From Eubacteriales bacterium (lineage in GTDB: Bacteria > Bacillota > Clostridia > Oscillospirales > CAG-382), in contig JBAYZO010000001.1 of assembly GCA_041672465.1 (NCBI GenBank), positions 18,988 to 82,987 on the forward strand: a stretch of DNA of 64,000 nt. The letters run 5' to 3'. A program made the translations under genes and the position numbers. This document shows positions 47,990 to 58,700 of this stretch, piece by piece (position 1 is the first letter of the stretch; each line of letters starts with the position of its first letter). The notes below the pieces were generated by a model. The model was not told where the DNA came from. It saw only the letters and a list, made by a program, of their open reading frames with translations, and did no database searches.

Positions 47990-48397
47990 TTATTTTCGTT
48001 TATTAATAACGGCGGAAACCGCCCTGAAGACAATTAAAACCGCGGTGTAGACGACGGCGTAGAGAAGAGTGGAAATAAATATAAAAATTATAACTTCCCT
48101 TGCGCCCCCGCTTATATTAGCCAAAGCCAAAAGCGTACCGAGCGTGGCGGCATACAGTAAAAAAACGTGGAGAATCCGCCTTGCCACCGGTGATAGCTTT
48201 ATCTCAAACACCAAAAACGAAAAGCCAAAGGCAAGGGCGTAAGCAAATATCACGCAAATATTTTTAAACAGCAAGCCGTAGGTGTCGGCAAGCCCTTTGC
48301 TGTCTCCGAGCCCCACCGCCAAAAATCCGGTGTACGCCAAAACGGCAAACGAAAAAAAGCAAAACGCGCGCCTCGCTGCGCTTTTTGCTTTATTCAC
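47990..48397 (-). CDS. Small integral membrane protein (4 TM), family not recognised
   Basis: 135 aa, four hydrophobic helices with basic termini. Its start overlaps the preceding gene by 8 nt, suggesting translational coupling. Confidence 0.55.
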   Translation of the reverse strand: MNKAKSAARRAFCFFSFAVLAYTGFLAVGLGDSKGLADTYGLLFKNICVIFAYALAFGFSFLVFEIKLSPVARRILHVFLLYAATLGTLLALANISGGAREVIIFIFISTLLYAVVYTAVLIVFRAVSAVINKRK

Positions 48398-48815
48398 GGT
48401 TTACACCTACTAAAAATCTTTCAAGCCCGGCGGGAAGGGTTTCGGCAAACGCCGACGCCGTCATAAGACAGTTTATATTTCTATCGTCCAGTATTTTTTC
48501 TATCCTGAATAAAAATTCGCCGAAAGAAGCCATATCGTTGCCGCATATCTTAAGCACGGAATCGAGAAAAAGGTCGGTAACATCGTAGTTGCCCGCAAGC
48601 ATGCCGCACACAAAGCCGTAAAATTCGTCGGCGTCGATTATGCTGTACGCCTTGGCGTCGACAAGCCTGATTTGCGTCTTTAACTGATACGACAAGTCCC
48701 TGCCGTATTCCACAAACACGACCGAGCCCTTTGAGACCGCGACAGCATTATTTGCCGCCTCTATAAGAGCCTTGGTTTTACCGGTTCCTTTTGCTTCCAT
48801 AATAAGCTTTATCAT
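48390..48815 (-). CDS. Small soluble protein with a degenerate P-loop-like N-terminus, function unknown
   Basis: 141 aa. MIKLIMEAKGTGKTKALIEAA resembles a strand-loop-helix GxGKT nucleotide-binding start, but the spacing is not a canonical Walker A. Confidence 0.5.
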   Translation of the reverse strand: MIKLIMEAKGTGKTKALIEAANNAVAVSKGSVVFVEYGRDLSYQLKTQIRLVDAKAYSIIDADEFYGFVCGMLAGNYDVTDLFLDSVLKICGNDMASFGEFLFRIEKILDDRNINCLMTASAFAETLPAGLERFLVGVNRE

Positions 48816-48871
48816 AGCGCATCACTCTCCCACTTCATTTTACATTTATTTTGTAAACATTTCAAGTATAT

Positions 48872-50203
48872 TTACAGGGTTTTTATTTTTTCCTCAATTT
48901 CTTTTTTCTTTGCCTCAAAGCCCGGTTTCCCGAGCAGCGCGAACATGTTTTGCTTATACTCCTCCACCCCCGGCTGGTCAAAGGGATTTACCCCGAGCAT
49001 ATAGGCGGAAATCCCGCAGGCGAGGAAGAAAAAGAAACACAGCCCCCCAAAAGAAATTTCGTCTTTTTTGTCAAAGCTTATTTCCAGCACGGGAACCCCG
49101 CCCGACATATGGGCGAGCGAAGTGCCGTAAAAAGCCGTTTTGTTTATTTCGGCGAGCATTTTCCCCTCAAGGTACCCGAGCCCATCGCTGATTTCGCTGT
49201 TTTGGGGCAAGGCAAGGCTTGACTTTGGGTTTCTCTCGGTCACCACGGTTTCAAAAATCATTCTCACGCCGTCCTGAATATACTGCCCAAGCGAGTGGAG
49301 GTCGGTGGTGAACACCGCGCCGGCGGGGAAAATCCCCTTGCCGTCTTTCCCCTCGCTCTCCCCGAAGAGCTGTTTCAGCCACTCGCCGAAAAAACTAAGA
49401 AATGGGTCGTAGCTCACAAACAGTTCCACCCGCTTGCCCGACGAATAAAAAAGATTTCTATACGCCGCGTAGCGGCAGGCGGGGTGAGAAGTCTTTTGGG
49501 TTAAAAACCTCTCTCTCTCCCGTCTTGCCCCTTCAAGAATCGCCGAAGTGTCGCACCCGGCGACCTCAAGCGGGAGAGAGGCGACGGCGGTCATAACCGA
49601 AAACCTGCCGCCAATGTCGTCGGGGATGACAAAAGTTTCGTATCCCTTGATCTTGGCGTGGGTGAGCAGCGCCCCGCGGCTCTTGTCCGTCGTTACAAAA
49701 ACCCTGTCTTTAATACCGTCTTCGCCATACTTCGACAGCATAAAAGTTTCGACAATCCTGAACGCCACGGCTGTCTCCGAGGTGGTCCCCGATTTTGAAA
49801 TCACGTTTACCGAAACCCGCTTTCCGCCGCAAAGGGAAAGCACCGTTTCAAGCTCCTCGCCCGAAAAGGAATTGCCTAAAAAATAAATATCTGGGGCAGA
49901 CTTTTTAAGGCTGTTGTAATAAGGGGTTTTTAAAAAATCAAGCCCCGCTTTCGCGCCGAGATACGAGCCGCCTATCCCGATTACAATAAAAACGTCGGAT
50001 GATTCCCTTATCTTATCCGCCGCCGCTTTTATCTTTTTTGTCTCTTCGCCCGAGTTTGACGGGTAGTCAAACCAGCCCAAGAAATCGCTCCCCGCCCCGC
50101 TTTTGCCGACAAGGGTATGGTAAGCGGCGCCAAGGGTTTCCCCCGACGCCGCGCTGTGTTTGTCGGTATAACTTTTGGCAAAGGTATCGTTTAAAACAAT
50201 CAT
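48872..50203 (-). CDS. pgi: Glucose-6-phosphate isomerase
   Basis: 443 aa, short Firmicutes-type PGI. Motifs: IGIGGSYLGA, ISKSGTTSET, GGRFSV and FGESEGKDGKG. Confidence 0.93.
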   Translation of the reverse strand: MIVLNDTFAKSYTDKHSAASGETLGAAYHTLVGKSGAGSDFLGWFDYPSNSGEETKKIKAAADKIRESSDVFIVIGIGGSYLGAKAGLDFLKTPYYNSLKKSAPDIYFLGNSFSGEELETVLSLCGGKRVSVNVISKSGTTSETAVAFRIVETFMLSKYGEDGIKDRVFVTTDKSRGALLTHAKIKGYETFVIPDDIGGRFSVMTAVASLPLEVAGCDTSAILEGARRERERFLTQKTSHPACRYAAYRNLFYSSGKRVELFVSYDPFLSFFGEWLKQLFGESEGKDGKGIFPAGAVFTTDLHSLGQYIQDGVRMIFETVVTERNPKSSLALPQNSEISDGLGYLEGKMLAEINKTAFYGTSLAHMSGGVPVLEISFDKKDEISFGGLCFFFFLACGISAYMLGVNPFDQPGVEEYKQNMFALLGKPGFEAKKKEIEEKIKTL

Positions 50204-50262
50204 TTTTTTATAATTCCTTTCACAGAAAAAACCGGGTAATTGAAAGATTTATCTTTCAATAT

Positions 50263-51525
50263 TTAAAAAAACGAAACAAGTGATTTCCACAACTTCCCTA
50301 AAAGGTTAAAGAAAGTTATCTCCCTGTCTCCCTCAAGAGCAAAAACAGGAGAGGACGCCGCCTTGACCCCGTCAATATAATACTCCACCGTACCCACAAT
50401 ATCGCCTTTTTTAACCGGCGCTTTTATCGCGTCCATTACAAGCTTCGTGGTAAAAGAAGCGTCTCTCCCTTTTTCGGTAAGGATTGCCGGCGGGTTATAG
50501 TCAAGCTTGACATATCCGTTTGCCCCTCTCTCCACGACGGCCCTTGCGAGAAGTTGTTTTTCGGGGACAAACACTTGATAATTCGCAAAGCCGAAATCCA
50601 AAAGCTTTTTGGCGGCGGCAAATCTAATATCGCTGCTATCCGCCCCGATTATCACCGAAATAAGCTGCATTCCGTTCCGCTTGGCGGTCCCCGAAAGGCA
50701 GTATTTGGCGGTGTCGGTAAACCCCGTCTTCATTCCGTTGGCGCCGCTATAAAAGCGTATGAGCTTATTTGTGTTGGCGAGCCCGAACGCGCCGTCGCGG
50801 ATTGTGTCCATCCAGATAGTGGAATACTTAAACACAATGTCGTGCTTTAAAAGTTCCCGGGTCATAAGCGCCACGTCGAGCGCCGACGAGTAATGCCCCT
50901 CCTCGTTGAGCCCGTGGCAGTTTACAAAGTTTGTGTTGTTCATCCCAAGCTCTTTGGCGCGGCTGTTCATGGTCGTCACAAACGACGCCTCGCTCCCGGC
51001 GAGATGCTCCGCAAACGCCACCGTGGCGTCATTGGCGGAAACGACGATCATGGCCTTTAGCATATCCTCAAGGGGAACCTGCTCACCCACCTCAAGGTAG
51101 ACCTGACTCCCCCCCATTCGCGCCGCCGCTTCCCCCACGGTTATGACCTCGTCAAATTTCAGCTTTCCCGCGTCAAGGGCTTCCACGACAAGCAGTGTTG
51201 ACATTATTTTTGTTACCGACGCTATGGGGTAACGCTCATTTTCGTTTTGGGCGAACAGCACCGCGCCGGTGTCGGATTCCATTAAAAGCGCCGCGCGGGC
51301 GGGCACGGTGTCGGCAAACGCCGCGGTTTTAACATACCAGAACTCCTCAAAAGCAAAGGAAAACGGGTAAATCGCCGCCGTCTCGTCATTTGACATGTTT
51401 TCCGCGCGGACGGACAGTAGTGGAAAGACAAACAGCAGAGCGACCAAAAAGCAAAGCGCCCTTTTTGCTGTCAAGCCTTTAATAACATGGTTTTTGTTGT
51501 TAATATTGCTGTTGTTAACTGTCAT
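50263..51525 (-). CDS. D-alanyl-D-alanine carboxypeptidase (PBP5/DacB-type, S11 family)
   Basis: 420 aa with a signal/anchor sequence. SxxK (ASVTKIM), SxN (VSANDA) and KTG (MKTGFT) are present, plus a C-terminal PBP5 beta domain. Confidence 0.88.
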   Translation of the reverse strand: MTVNNSNINNKNHVIKGLTAKRALCFLVALLFVFPLLSVRAENMSNDETAAIYPFSFAFEEFWYVKTAAFADTVPARAALLMESDTGAVLFAQNENERYPIASVTKIMSTLLVVEALDAGKLKFDEVITVGEAAARMGGSQVYLEVGEQVPLEDMLKAMIVVSANDATVAFAEHLAGSEASFVTTMNSRAKELGMNNTNFVNCHGLNEEGHYSSALDVALMTRELLKHDIVFKYSTIWMDTIRDGAFGLANTNKLIRFYSGANGMKTGFTDTAKYCLSGTAKRNGMQLISVIIGADSSDIRFAAAKKLLDFGFANYQVFVPEKQLLARAVVERGANGYVKLDYNPPAILTEKGRDASFTTKLVMDAIKAPVKKGDIVGTVEYYIDGVKAASSPVFALEGDREITFFNLLGKLWKSLVSFF

Positions 51526-51572
51526 AAAAACATTCCTTTCGGAATATTCTTATGCCGAGACAAACTCTTTTA

Positions 51573-52655
51573 TTACGCCTGCGCGCCGCTCCCACCGACA
51601 AGGCCGGCTTTTACGGCGATTAATTTAAACCGCTTTAAAATATCGTTTATCGAATAACTTCGCGGCCCGTTGAAAAACGAGTACACGATGTCGCCGAAGG
51701 GCAAATACCACTTCTCGTCCAGCGCCGCCATTCCATACGCCGCCCCGGCTATCGAGCCTGCCGTCGCCGCGGTGCAGTCGTTGTCATGCGCCATGGCAAC
51801 GCAGTTCGCTATCACCCTGCCAATGTCCTTACCCCCGAGCGCCAGCCCGAACACCGTAAGGCAGGCGTTGTTTATTGTGTGAACCGTATGCATTCCCGGG
51901 TATCTTTCGTCCACCAGCCTTGCGGCGTTTTTGTAATCCCCCGCCCCGTCCCAGATTCCGATCGCCCAAGCCAGTCCTTTGTAAAGCTCGCTGTCCGGCG
52001 GGATAAAATCAAGCGCCGAAACAAGGCATTTTTTTGTGTCGCTTAGCCTGAAAGCCTCCGCGATCGCGGCGGCAAAATACCGCGACCCGTAAATACCGTT
52101 GTTACGATGGGAGATATAAGCGTCAACCCCCGCCATTTCCGCCGCTTTTTCGGGGTCCCCCGGCGATACATACCCATACCCATCGCAGCGTATATCCGCG
52201 CCGATAAACTCATCGTAGGGGTTGTTGATTTCCGCCGCTTTTTCGGCCGGAACGCCGTTTTTAAGGTTGTCAAGCGCCACCCATTCGGCCGTGTAACACT
52301 CGGTTATATACTTAAGCCAAGCGTTTTTAACGTCATTTAGGGTAAAATCCCTGCCGTTTCCCTCCTCCATGATAAACAGCGAAAGCAGTGTATAGCCGAT
52401 ATCATCGTCGCAGGGAATACCGCGCAGAAAAGGCTTTGTATAGTCTTTGAAAGTCTGATAAATATATCTTTTGTCGTCCGGGTTGGGTATTGCCGGCCAA
52501 TAGTCGAGGAGCGGATAGCCCACGCCGAGCTCGCCCGCGTAGCTTTCTATTTTGTCAAGCGTCCAGCCCTCGACCGGAGCGCCCAGCGTGCAGCCGGCGG
52601 CTCTCCCCAAAAAGGCGGCTCTCAGTCTGTCGCGGTAGGTATTAATGTCAATCAT
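51573..52655 (-). CDS. ADP-ribosylglycohydrolase family protein
   Basis: 360 aa. N-terminal GAPVEGW, metal-site-like DDDIGYT, and C-terminal DNDCTAATAGSIAGAAYG, which is typical of ARH/DraG-fold enzymes. Confidence 0.75.
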   Translation of the reverse strand: MIDINTYRDRLRAAFLGRAAGCTLGAPVEGWTLDKIESYAGELGVGYPLLDYWPAIPNPDDKRYIYQTFKDYTKPFLRGIPCDDDIGYTLLSLFIMEEGNGRDFTLNDVKNAWLKYITECYTAEWVALDNLKNGVPAEKAAEINNPYDEFIGADIRCDGYGYVSPGDPEKAAEMAGVDAYISHRNNGIYGSRYFAAAIAEAFRLSDTKKCLVSALDFIPPDSELYKGLAWAIGIWDGAGDYKNAARLVDERYPGMHTVHTINNACLTVFGLALGGKDIGRVIANCVAMAHDNDCTAATAGSIAGAAYGMAALDEKWYLPFGDIVYSFFNGPRSYSINDILKRFKLIAVKAGLVGGSGAQA

Positions 52656-52929
52656 GGCTTTTCACCTTTCGTTTGTCTGTTTTATATGAGGTTTTTAAAA
52701 GCAAACTGTCCCGCGGGGAAGTTAAATTAAATTAACAAATCATTATACACATATTACCAACAATATAACCAAAATTGCCGTTCTTTGTATGAACTTTTTG
52801 CTAATAATTTTATTTTTTACTTTTTAATTTTTGTCCCGAAAACTAAAAATCTCGCTAACGCGAGTATAAAGCTATTCCAATTTGAGTTTTAATATGATAT
52901 AATGCCGTAACAGCAGCGGAGGTGTGGAT

Positions 52930-53430
52930 ATGTTCAGGGAAACCGAAATTTACAGCCTTAAAAAGTCGCCGTTTGAGCTCTTTGGGAGCGATTGGGCGAT
53001 CCTCACGGCAAAAAACGCCGGAGGGGAAATTAACGCCATGACGATAAGCTGGGGCGCGATGGGGGTGCTGTGGAACAAAAACGTGTTCTTTTGTTTTGTA
53101 AGACCCACCCGCCACACTTTTTCGTTTATTGAGAGCGGCTCCGACGTCTCTCTCTGCTTTTTTGACGGTAAATACAAAGAGGCTCTTGCCTATTGCGGGC
53201 GGGTTTCTGGGAGAGATACCGAAAAAATAAAGGCTTCGGGGCTTACCCCCAACGAACATGGCGACGGGGTATACTACTCCGAGTGCTCACTCGCCCTGTT
53301 AGGACAAAAAATCTATTCCGAGCCGCTTAAAGAAGGCTCTTTTTGGGGAATCGATCCCTCCGAATGGTATAAAAATGACTTCCACACCATGTATGTCTGC
53401 GAGATCAAGCGGGTACTTACGAAAAAATAA
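52930..53430 (+). CDS. Flavin reductase-like domain protein
   Basis: About 166 aa. INAMTISWGAMGVLWNKNVFFCFVRPTRHT resembles the FMN-binding split-barrel (flavin reductase-like) family. ATG 52930 has GGAGG 7 nt upstream. Confidence 0.55.
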   Translation: MFRETEIYSLKKSPFELFGSDWAILTAKNAGGEINAMTISWGAMGVLWNKNVFFCFVRPTRHTFSFIESGSDVSLCFFDGKYKEALAYCGRVSGRDTEKIKASGLTPNEHGDGVYYSECSLALLGQKIYSEPLKEGSFWGIDPSEWYKNDFHTMYVCEIKRVLTKK

Positions 53431-53479
53431 TAACTGCCGCTTTAATATTTTAATTTAAACAAAAAGGAATGCTAAACAT

Positions 53480-54760
53480 ATGAGAGCAACCGAAATCGCG
53501 GGGAAAATCAAAAACGGGATTTTTGACGCCGCTTTTGTAAAACTTTACGGGAACCAGCGGCTTGCCCGCGAAAGACAGCGCTACATAAGCCTTTCGGAGG
53601 GATTTATCGCCCATTACGGCGACATAGAAGCCGAACTCTTTTCTGTCCCGGGAAGATCAGAAATCTCCGGCAACCACACCGACCACAACAGCGGCAAAGT
53701 GATCGCCTCCGCGGTTGACATTGACATTATCGCCATGGCGTCAAAGCAAAGCGGGCGGATTATTAAGGTTAAAAGCGAATTTCACCGCGACTGCGAGGCA
53801 AACCTCGACCGCCTTTCGCAGGCGGCGGTTAAAAAAGGCCATTCATCGGCTATTGTCGCCGGAGTTGCCGATTATTTTATAAAAAACGGCTTTAACGTCG
53901 GCGGTGCCCTTGTCTACACCAAAAGCGCCGTGTCCGCCGGGAGCGGGATCTCATCCTCGGCGGCTTTTGAGGTTATGGTGGGGAACATCCTCAACCATTT
54001 TTATAACGGGGGGAACCTTTCCCCGCTCGACCTCGCCAAAGCGGGGAAATACGCTGAAAACGTCTTCTTCGGCAAGCCCTGCGGGCTGATGGATCAAACC
54101 GCCTGCGCCGTGGGCGGGACATGCTATATGGACTTTCTTGATCAAGATAACATTTTTTGCGAAAAGCTTGATTTTGACCCCGATTCGCAGGGGTACAGCC
54201 TTTGCATAATCCACACCGGAAGCGACCACGCCAAGCTTACGGATGAGTACGCGTCGCTCCCCGCGGAAATGAAATCTGTCGCCTCGTTTTATAAAAAAGA
54301 AAACTTGCGGCAGGTTGATGTCTCTGACTTTTTTAACGATATCCCCGCCCTCCGCAAGATCTGCGGCGACAGAGCTGTGCTCCGCGCCTTTCACTTTTTT
54401 AATGAAAACGACCGGGTAGAAAACCAAAGGAGCGCCGTCAAGGCGGGGGATTACGGCAGGTTTTTTAAAAACCTTGCGGAGTCCGGGGATTCCTCATATA
54501 AATATCTGCAAAACGTGTTCTCCCCCGGGCAGGTAAAAACCCAAGGGATAGCGCTGGCGCTTGCGCTTTGCGGCAAAACAGGGGTGACGGCCCGAGTCCA
54601 CGGCGGGGGGTTCGCCGGCACGGCTCAGGCGTGGGTAAAAGAAGACCAAAAGAAAAATTTTATTTTAACGCTTGAGAGTGTTTTCGGCAAGGGATGTCTT
54701 ATGTTTGTCAAAATCAGGCGTTTCGGCGCGGTTAAGGTGCGCGAAGACGATATATGCTGA
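53480..54760 (+). CDS. Galactokinase-family (GHMP) sugar kinase
   Basis: 426 aa. Galactokinase-signature-like VPGRSEISGNHTDHNSG and the GHMP ATP motif GSGISSSAAFEV. Confidence 0.7.
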   Translation: MRATEIAGKIKNGIFDAAFVKLYGNQRLARERQRYISLSEGFIAHYGDIEAELFSVPGRSEISGNHTDHNSGKVIASAVDIDIIAMASKQSGRIIKVKSEFHRDCEANLDRLSQAAVKKGHSSAIVAGVADYFIKNGFNVGGALVYTKSAVSAGSGISSSAAFEVMVGNILNHFYNGGNLSPLDLAKAGKYAENVFFGKPCGLMDQTACAVGGTCYMDFLDQDNIFCEKLDFDPDSQGYSLCIIHTGSDHAKLTDEYASLPAEMKSVASFYKKENLRQVDVSDFFNDIPALRKICGDRAVLRAFHFFNENDRVENQRSAVKAGDYGRFFKNLAESGDSSYKYLQNVFSPGQVKTQGIALALALCGKTGVTARVHGGGFAGTAQAWVKEDQKKNFILTLESVFGKGCLMFVKIRRFGAVKVREDDIC

Positions 54761-54823
54761 AAAAACAAAACATAATTGATGCGATTTTCATAAAAAATAA
54801 AAAGAAACGGCAGTTTTAACATA

Positions 54824-55657
54824 ATGACGGAAAATTTATTTGCGGCCACGCTGTTTTCATCCTCGGGCGGCAACTGCTTGTATATTAAGCACAAGGGCGA
54901 AGAGTTTTTAATAGACGCGGGGATATCGGCAAAAGCCATACAAGCCTCGCTGAAAACTCTGGGGAGCGGCCTTGAAAACATAAAGGCTATTTTTATAACC
55001 CATGAGCATTCCGACCATATAAAAGGGCTGAACACCATAACAAAGAAGTTTAAAACCCCTGTTTTCGCCCCTTCGCCTTGCAGGGAGGCTATTTTAAAGT
55101 CTTCCCCCTCCGCCGAGGATTGCCTTTCCGAAATAGAAAAAGAAACGAGAGTTGATTTTGCCGAAACGTCGTTTTTCGCTTTTGAGACCCCCCACGACTC
55201 CGCTTGTTCTTTTGGTTATACGGTAGATTTCGGCCAAAAGGTTTTAGGTTTCTCAACCGATATGGGCTACATAACAAAAACCGCCGCCAAAATCCTTTCA
55301 AAATGCGACGCCGTCGCCATCGAGTCAAACCATGACGTAAAAATGCTTAAAGACGGCGCGTACCCGCAAAGCCTTAAGGATCGCATCCTCGGCGATTACG
55401 GACATTTGTCAAACCAAGACTGCGCGCAATTTCTTCCCTTTCTTGTAACTTCTGGGGTTAATATTATCGCCCTCGCCCACCTCTCGCGGGAGAACAACAC
55501 CCCGGAAAAAGCGTTTGAGGAATCCTATAACTCACTTATTAATTTCGGGATAAAGCCCTGCTCCAGCCGCCTGCCGCAAAACGGCGGTTTGGCTTGCGGC
55601 GACGTCAGCCTTGAGGTCTGCCCCCGGGCGGGTATTTGCGCGCTTATTGATAAATAA
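54824..55657 (+). CDS. MBL-fold metallo-hydrolase (YycJ/WalJ-like)
   Basis: 277 aa. The HxHxDH motif is FITHEHSDHIKG, with downstream His/Asp ligands (ESNHD, AHLS). Confidence 0.75.
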   Translation: MTENLFAATLFSSSGGNCLYIKHKGEEFLIDAGISAKAIQASLKTLGSGLENIKAIFITHEHSDHIKGLNTITKKFKTPVFAPSPCREAILKSSPSAEDCLSEIEKETRVDFAETSFFAFETPHDSACSFGYTVDFGQKVLGFSTDMGYITKTAAKILSKCDAVAIESNHDVKMLKDGAYPQSLKDRILGDYGHLSNQDCAQFLPFLVTSGVNIIALAHLSRENNTPEKAFEESYNSLINFGIKPCSSRLPQNGGLACGDVSLEVCPRAGICALIDK

Positions 55658-55682
55658 CCCCGCGGCAACATATTTTTGCTTT

Positions 55683-55713
55683 TAAAAACCACCCTGAAAA
55701 TTCGGGTGGTTTT
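55683..55713. terminator. Bidirectional terminator between the MBL hydrolase gene and the protease gene
   Basis: AAAAACCACCC-tgaaaattc-GGGTGGTTTTT. Confidence 0.7.
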
Positions 55714-55731
55714 TATGCATTTATTTAAACT

Positions 55732-58700
55732 TTATCTTGTCCTTTTTCTTATAATATACCCTAAAAGCGAAACGGCGATAAAACCTAAAATAAGCGCCGC
55801 CGCGGCCGCCGCCCCGCGGGGTTTTTCACCCGGCGTAACCCCGCCCGCCGATGACTCCGGCTCGGGCTTGGAGCTTTGCGGAGTTTCTTCGGTGGTTTCG
55901 TCCGTCTCGCTTGACTCGTCGGGAACAAGACCCGAGCTTTCCTCGATAGGTTTGTCGGGCTTAAAAACATCAAACACCAGCGTGTAGGAGATCTCCCCGC
56001 CGTCGGAATGGCAGGTGATTATAAATATGTTTTCCCCCTCATAGAGAGAATCGGGGCCGTAAATATCAATTATAGTTTCCTCATTGTTTGGTATTGCCGT
56101 GATGGCCGGGGCTTTAACGCCAATCTCTTCTGTCTCTATTTCTATTTCCGCGCGGTACTCAAACACATCGGGGTCAAAAACGGGGTAAAACGCGGTTTCC
56201 CCGACAAAAAGGCCGGCGAGCCTTGGGGGGAATTTTTCTTTTACCCCCCGCGTCACGGTAAAAATATAATCGCTGAGCTCGCCTTTGGCGTTTAAATATT
56301 TCAGCACAAGCTGTCTCGCGCCGTTTCCGTATATCGGGATATTGTTAAAATAAACAAAACAGTCGGCGGGGCAGTCAAAATCAAGAACCAAAAACTCATC
56401 GTTTTCGGGTAAAAACACTTCGTAAACAAATATTTCCTCACTAAAGTCAAGTTCCGCGTTAGCGGCCGAAACTTCAAGGGTAGGCGAGGGGTTTGTCTTT
56501 ACCATAAACCTCTCGGAGTTGTCTCTTGCTTTTATTATTGTTTTTTCGCCCGCCCCGCCGGGGAACGCCGTGTTTTCAAATATAAAAACCGTCTCCCCCG
56601 CTTCGGCGGCGTTTTTTATGACAAAATAAAACCGAAACAGCTTTGCCCCCTGCTCCGCCTTGTCAACGCCAAGCGCGCTGTACTCAATACGCCCCTGTTT
56701 GTCGGCGGCGTAAAGCTCGCCCGCGAACGACTGGGTTTTAATAAAGCTGAACTTTTCGCTGTCGTAATTCAAAACCCCCGACACCGCGCCCGCGCCGTTA
56801 AGCCTGTCGTTTTGAATTGTGATATAAAACAACCCGCCCGTATACCCGAACACAGGCACGTTTATATAAAGCGACGCGTCGCTTTCCAAATCCGAACCAA
56901 ACGAATGGTTTATTTTGGCGCAGAGCGCCTTAAGGTCAGATGCCGTCACCTTTGCGTTTGAATTCAAGTCGGAAGCGTAAAACACAAAAGTTTTTATCTC
57001 ATATTTATAAACAAGGTAATTATAAAGCAGTTCGGCGTCGTTTATCGTCACTTCCCCGTCGCCGTCAAGGTCGCCCGTGACCGAAATCTCAAGCGTGTCG
57101 GTGACTTTGCCGGAAAAACTTTGCTTTATAAGCCTCATTCCGGTCCCGACAATTCCGTCTTCCACGGGCTTTCCGGCGCTGTCCTCAACCGAAAAATAAC
57201 TGCCCTCGCTCTCAAAGTATGAGAGGAACACCCCGACGTCCGTTGCCGGCGGCACGCCGTATAAAACGCCGCTTACGCTGTCGATGACATAAGAGGGATT
57301 CGTGCAGACCGTGGCTCCGCCCGACACAAAAACCCGCACGCAGGCCGATATATCGGTATTCACAACGCTTGCGCACACCAAACCCTCGCCCTCCGAAAGC
57401 CCGGTCACCACCCCCGCCGGGGTGACCGAAACAACCCGGCTCTCGGTTGAAAAGACCACTTCTCCCTCCGAGCCTTCGGGGAAGAGCGCCGCTTTTAGCT
57501 TTACCGTCTGACCCACCCCAAGGCTTATATCCCCGTTTGTGATATCCATGCTGACAGGGTCGTATTTTAAAGTAAACGAAACCGTCGTCCTTATCCCCCA
57601 AGGCGATACCACCGTCAGCGTGTGAGGGCCGGCTTTTGTCTCGGAATATCCGCTTTCAACCTGCCGCCCGTCCATATAACCCACGCCCTTGTCAAACCAA
57701 ACCCGCGTCGCGCCGTAGTAGGTCTCGCCGCTCTTTACCCCGGTTATTTCAACCGGCAGCGTGGGGTCGCCGTTCCCAGAAGCAATTATCGTCAGCGACA
57801 TTTCCCCGAACAGTATCGCCGAAAAATCGGGGAGAATCACGGCGCGGTCGGGGTTGGTCATATAACCCGCGATATACCCTCCGTCGGAAATTGAAAACAG
57901 CCCGGTTTCGGTCAGCAACATGTTTCCCCTCGCGTCAAACACGCTCCCCACCACCGAAGAAACATAGCGGAGGGTGACGGCGTCATAAATATAGTTTCCG
58001 GCTATAACATAGTTTTCCACCGCGTGCATTTTGCCCCTGTACATCGCCGCGAGGTTGGCGAACGGCTTTAAAGTGGCGGCGTCATAGCCCGTAATATCAA
58101 AAATAGTGCTGATATAAAGCCTGCCCCCGTACCCCGCCACGCCGTCGCACTGCGATTCGCCGAAAGGGTATGATATGCTCCCGCTGAGCGTGTTATACTC
58201 AAAAATCCTCCCCCCGCACAAGGCGAATATCCTCCCCCCCGCCTCGCAGGCGAAAGAGACTTTCCCGGGGATTTCGCAATACCTGTCAAGCCCCGTGAGG
58301 TAAAAACCGTTTGCTTTCTCAAACAGCACCGCTACGCTCTCCCCCACGCTCACCACCGCCGAGGGGGTGTATTTCAGGTAAACGGAGTGCAAAACCCTCC
58401 CCGTACTGCCGGAAAGGAAATAAAGATTGTTGTCGTTTTCCCTTATCGCCGCGACAAGCCTTGTCTGCCCGTCAAACGCGGCGCTTTTAATCTCCGCGTC
58501 AAAGACAAGCGGAACGCTTGACTCATACGGGCGGGAAGCCAAGACCGCCCCGGTAAGCTCTTTATTTATGGGGAAAGCCCCGTAAAGCTTTTCCGCTTTG
58601 ACTTTTTCATATCTCCCGCCGGCGTAAATCAAATAGATAAACCCGCCGTCTTCCGCGGCGTTTATCACGTCCCCCGGGTAAGAGCCTATCGGGGTTCCCG

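Noticed and set aside
55732-55860. PEP-CTERM/exosortase-like or LPXTG sorting signals at the C-termini of the 1849-aa and 564-aa surface proteins.
   Set aside because: Both end in a hydrophobic helix plus a basic tail, but no LPXTG, NPxTx or PEP motif sits next to the helix. A PEPE string lies about 20 residues upstream in one of them, which is not the canonical position. They are treated as plain C-terminal membrane anchors.
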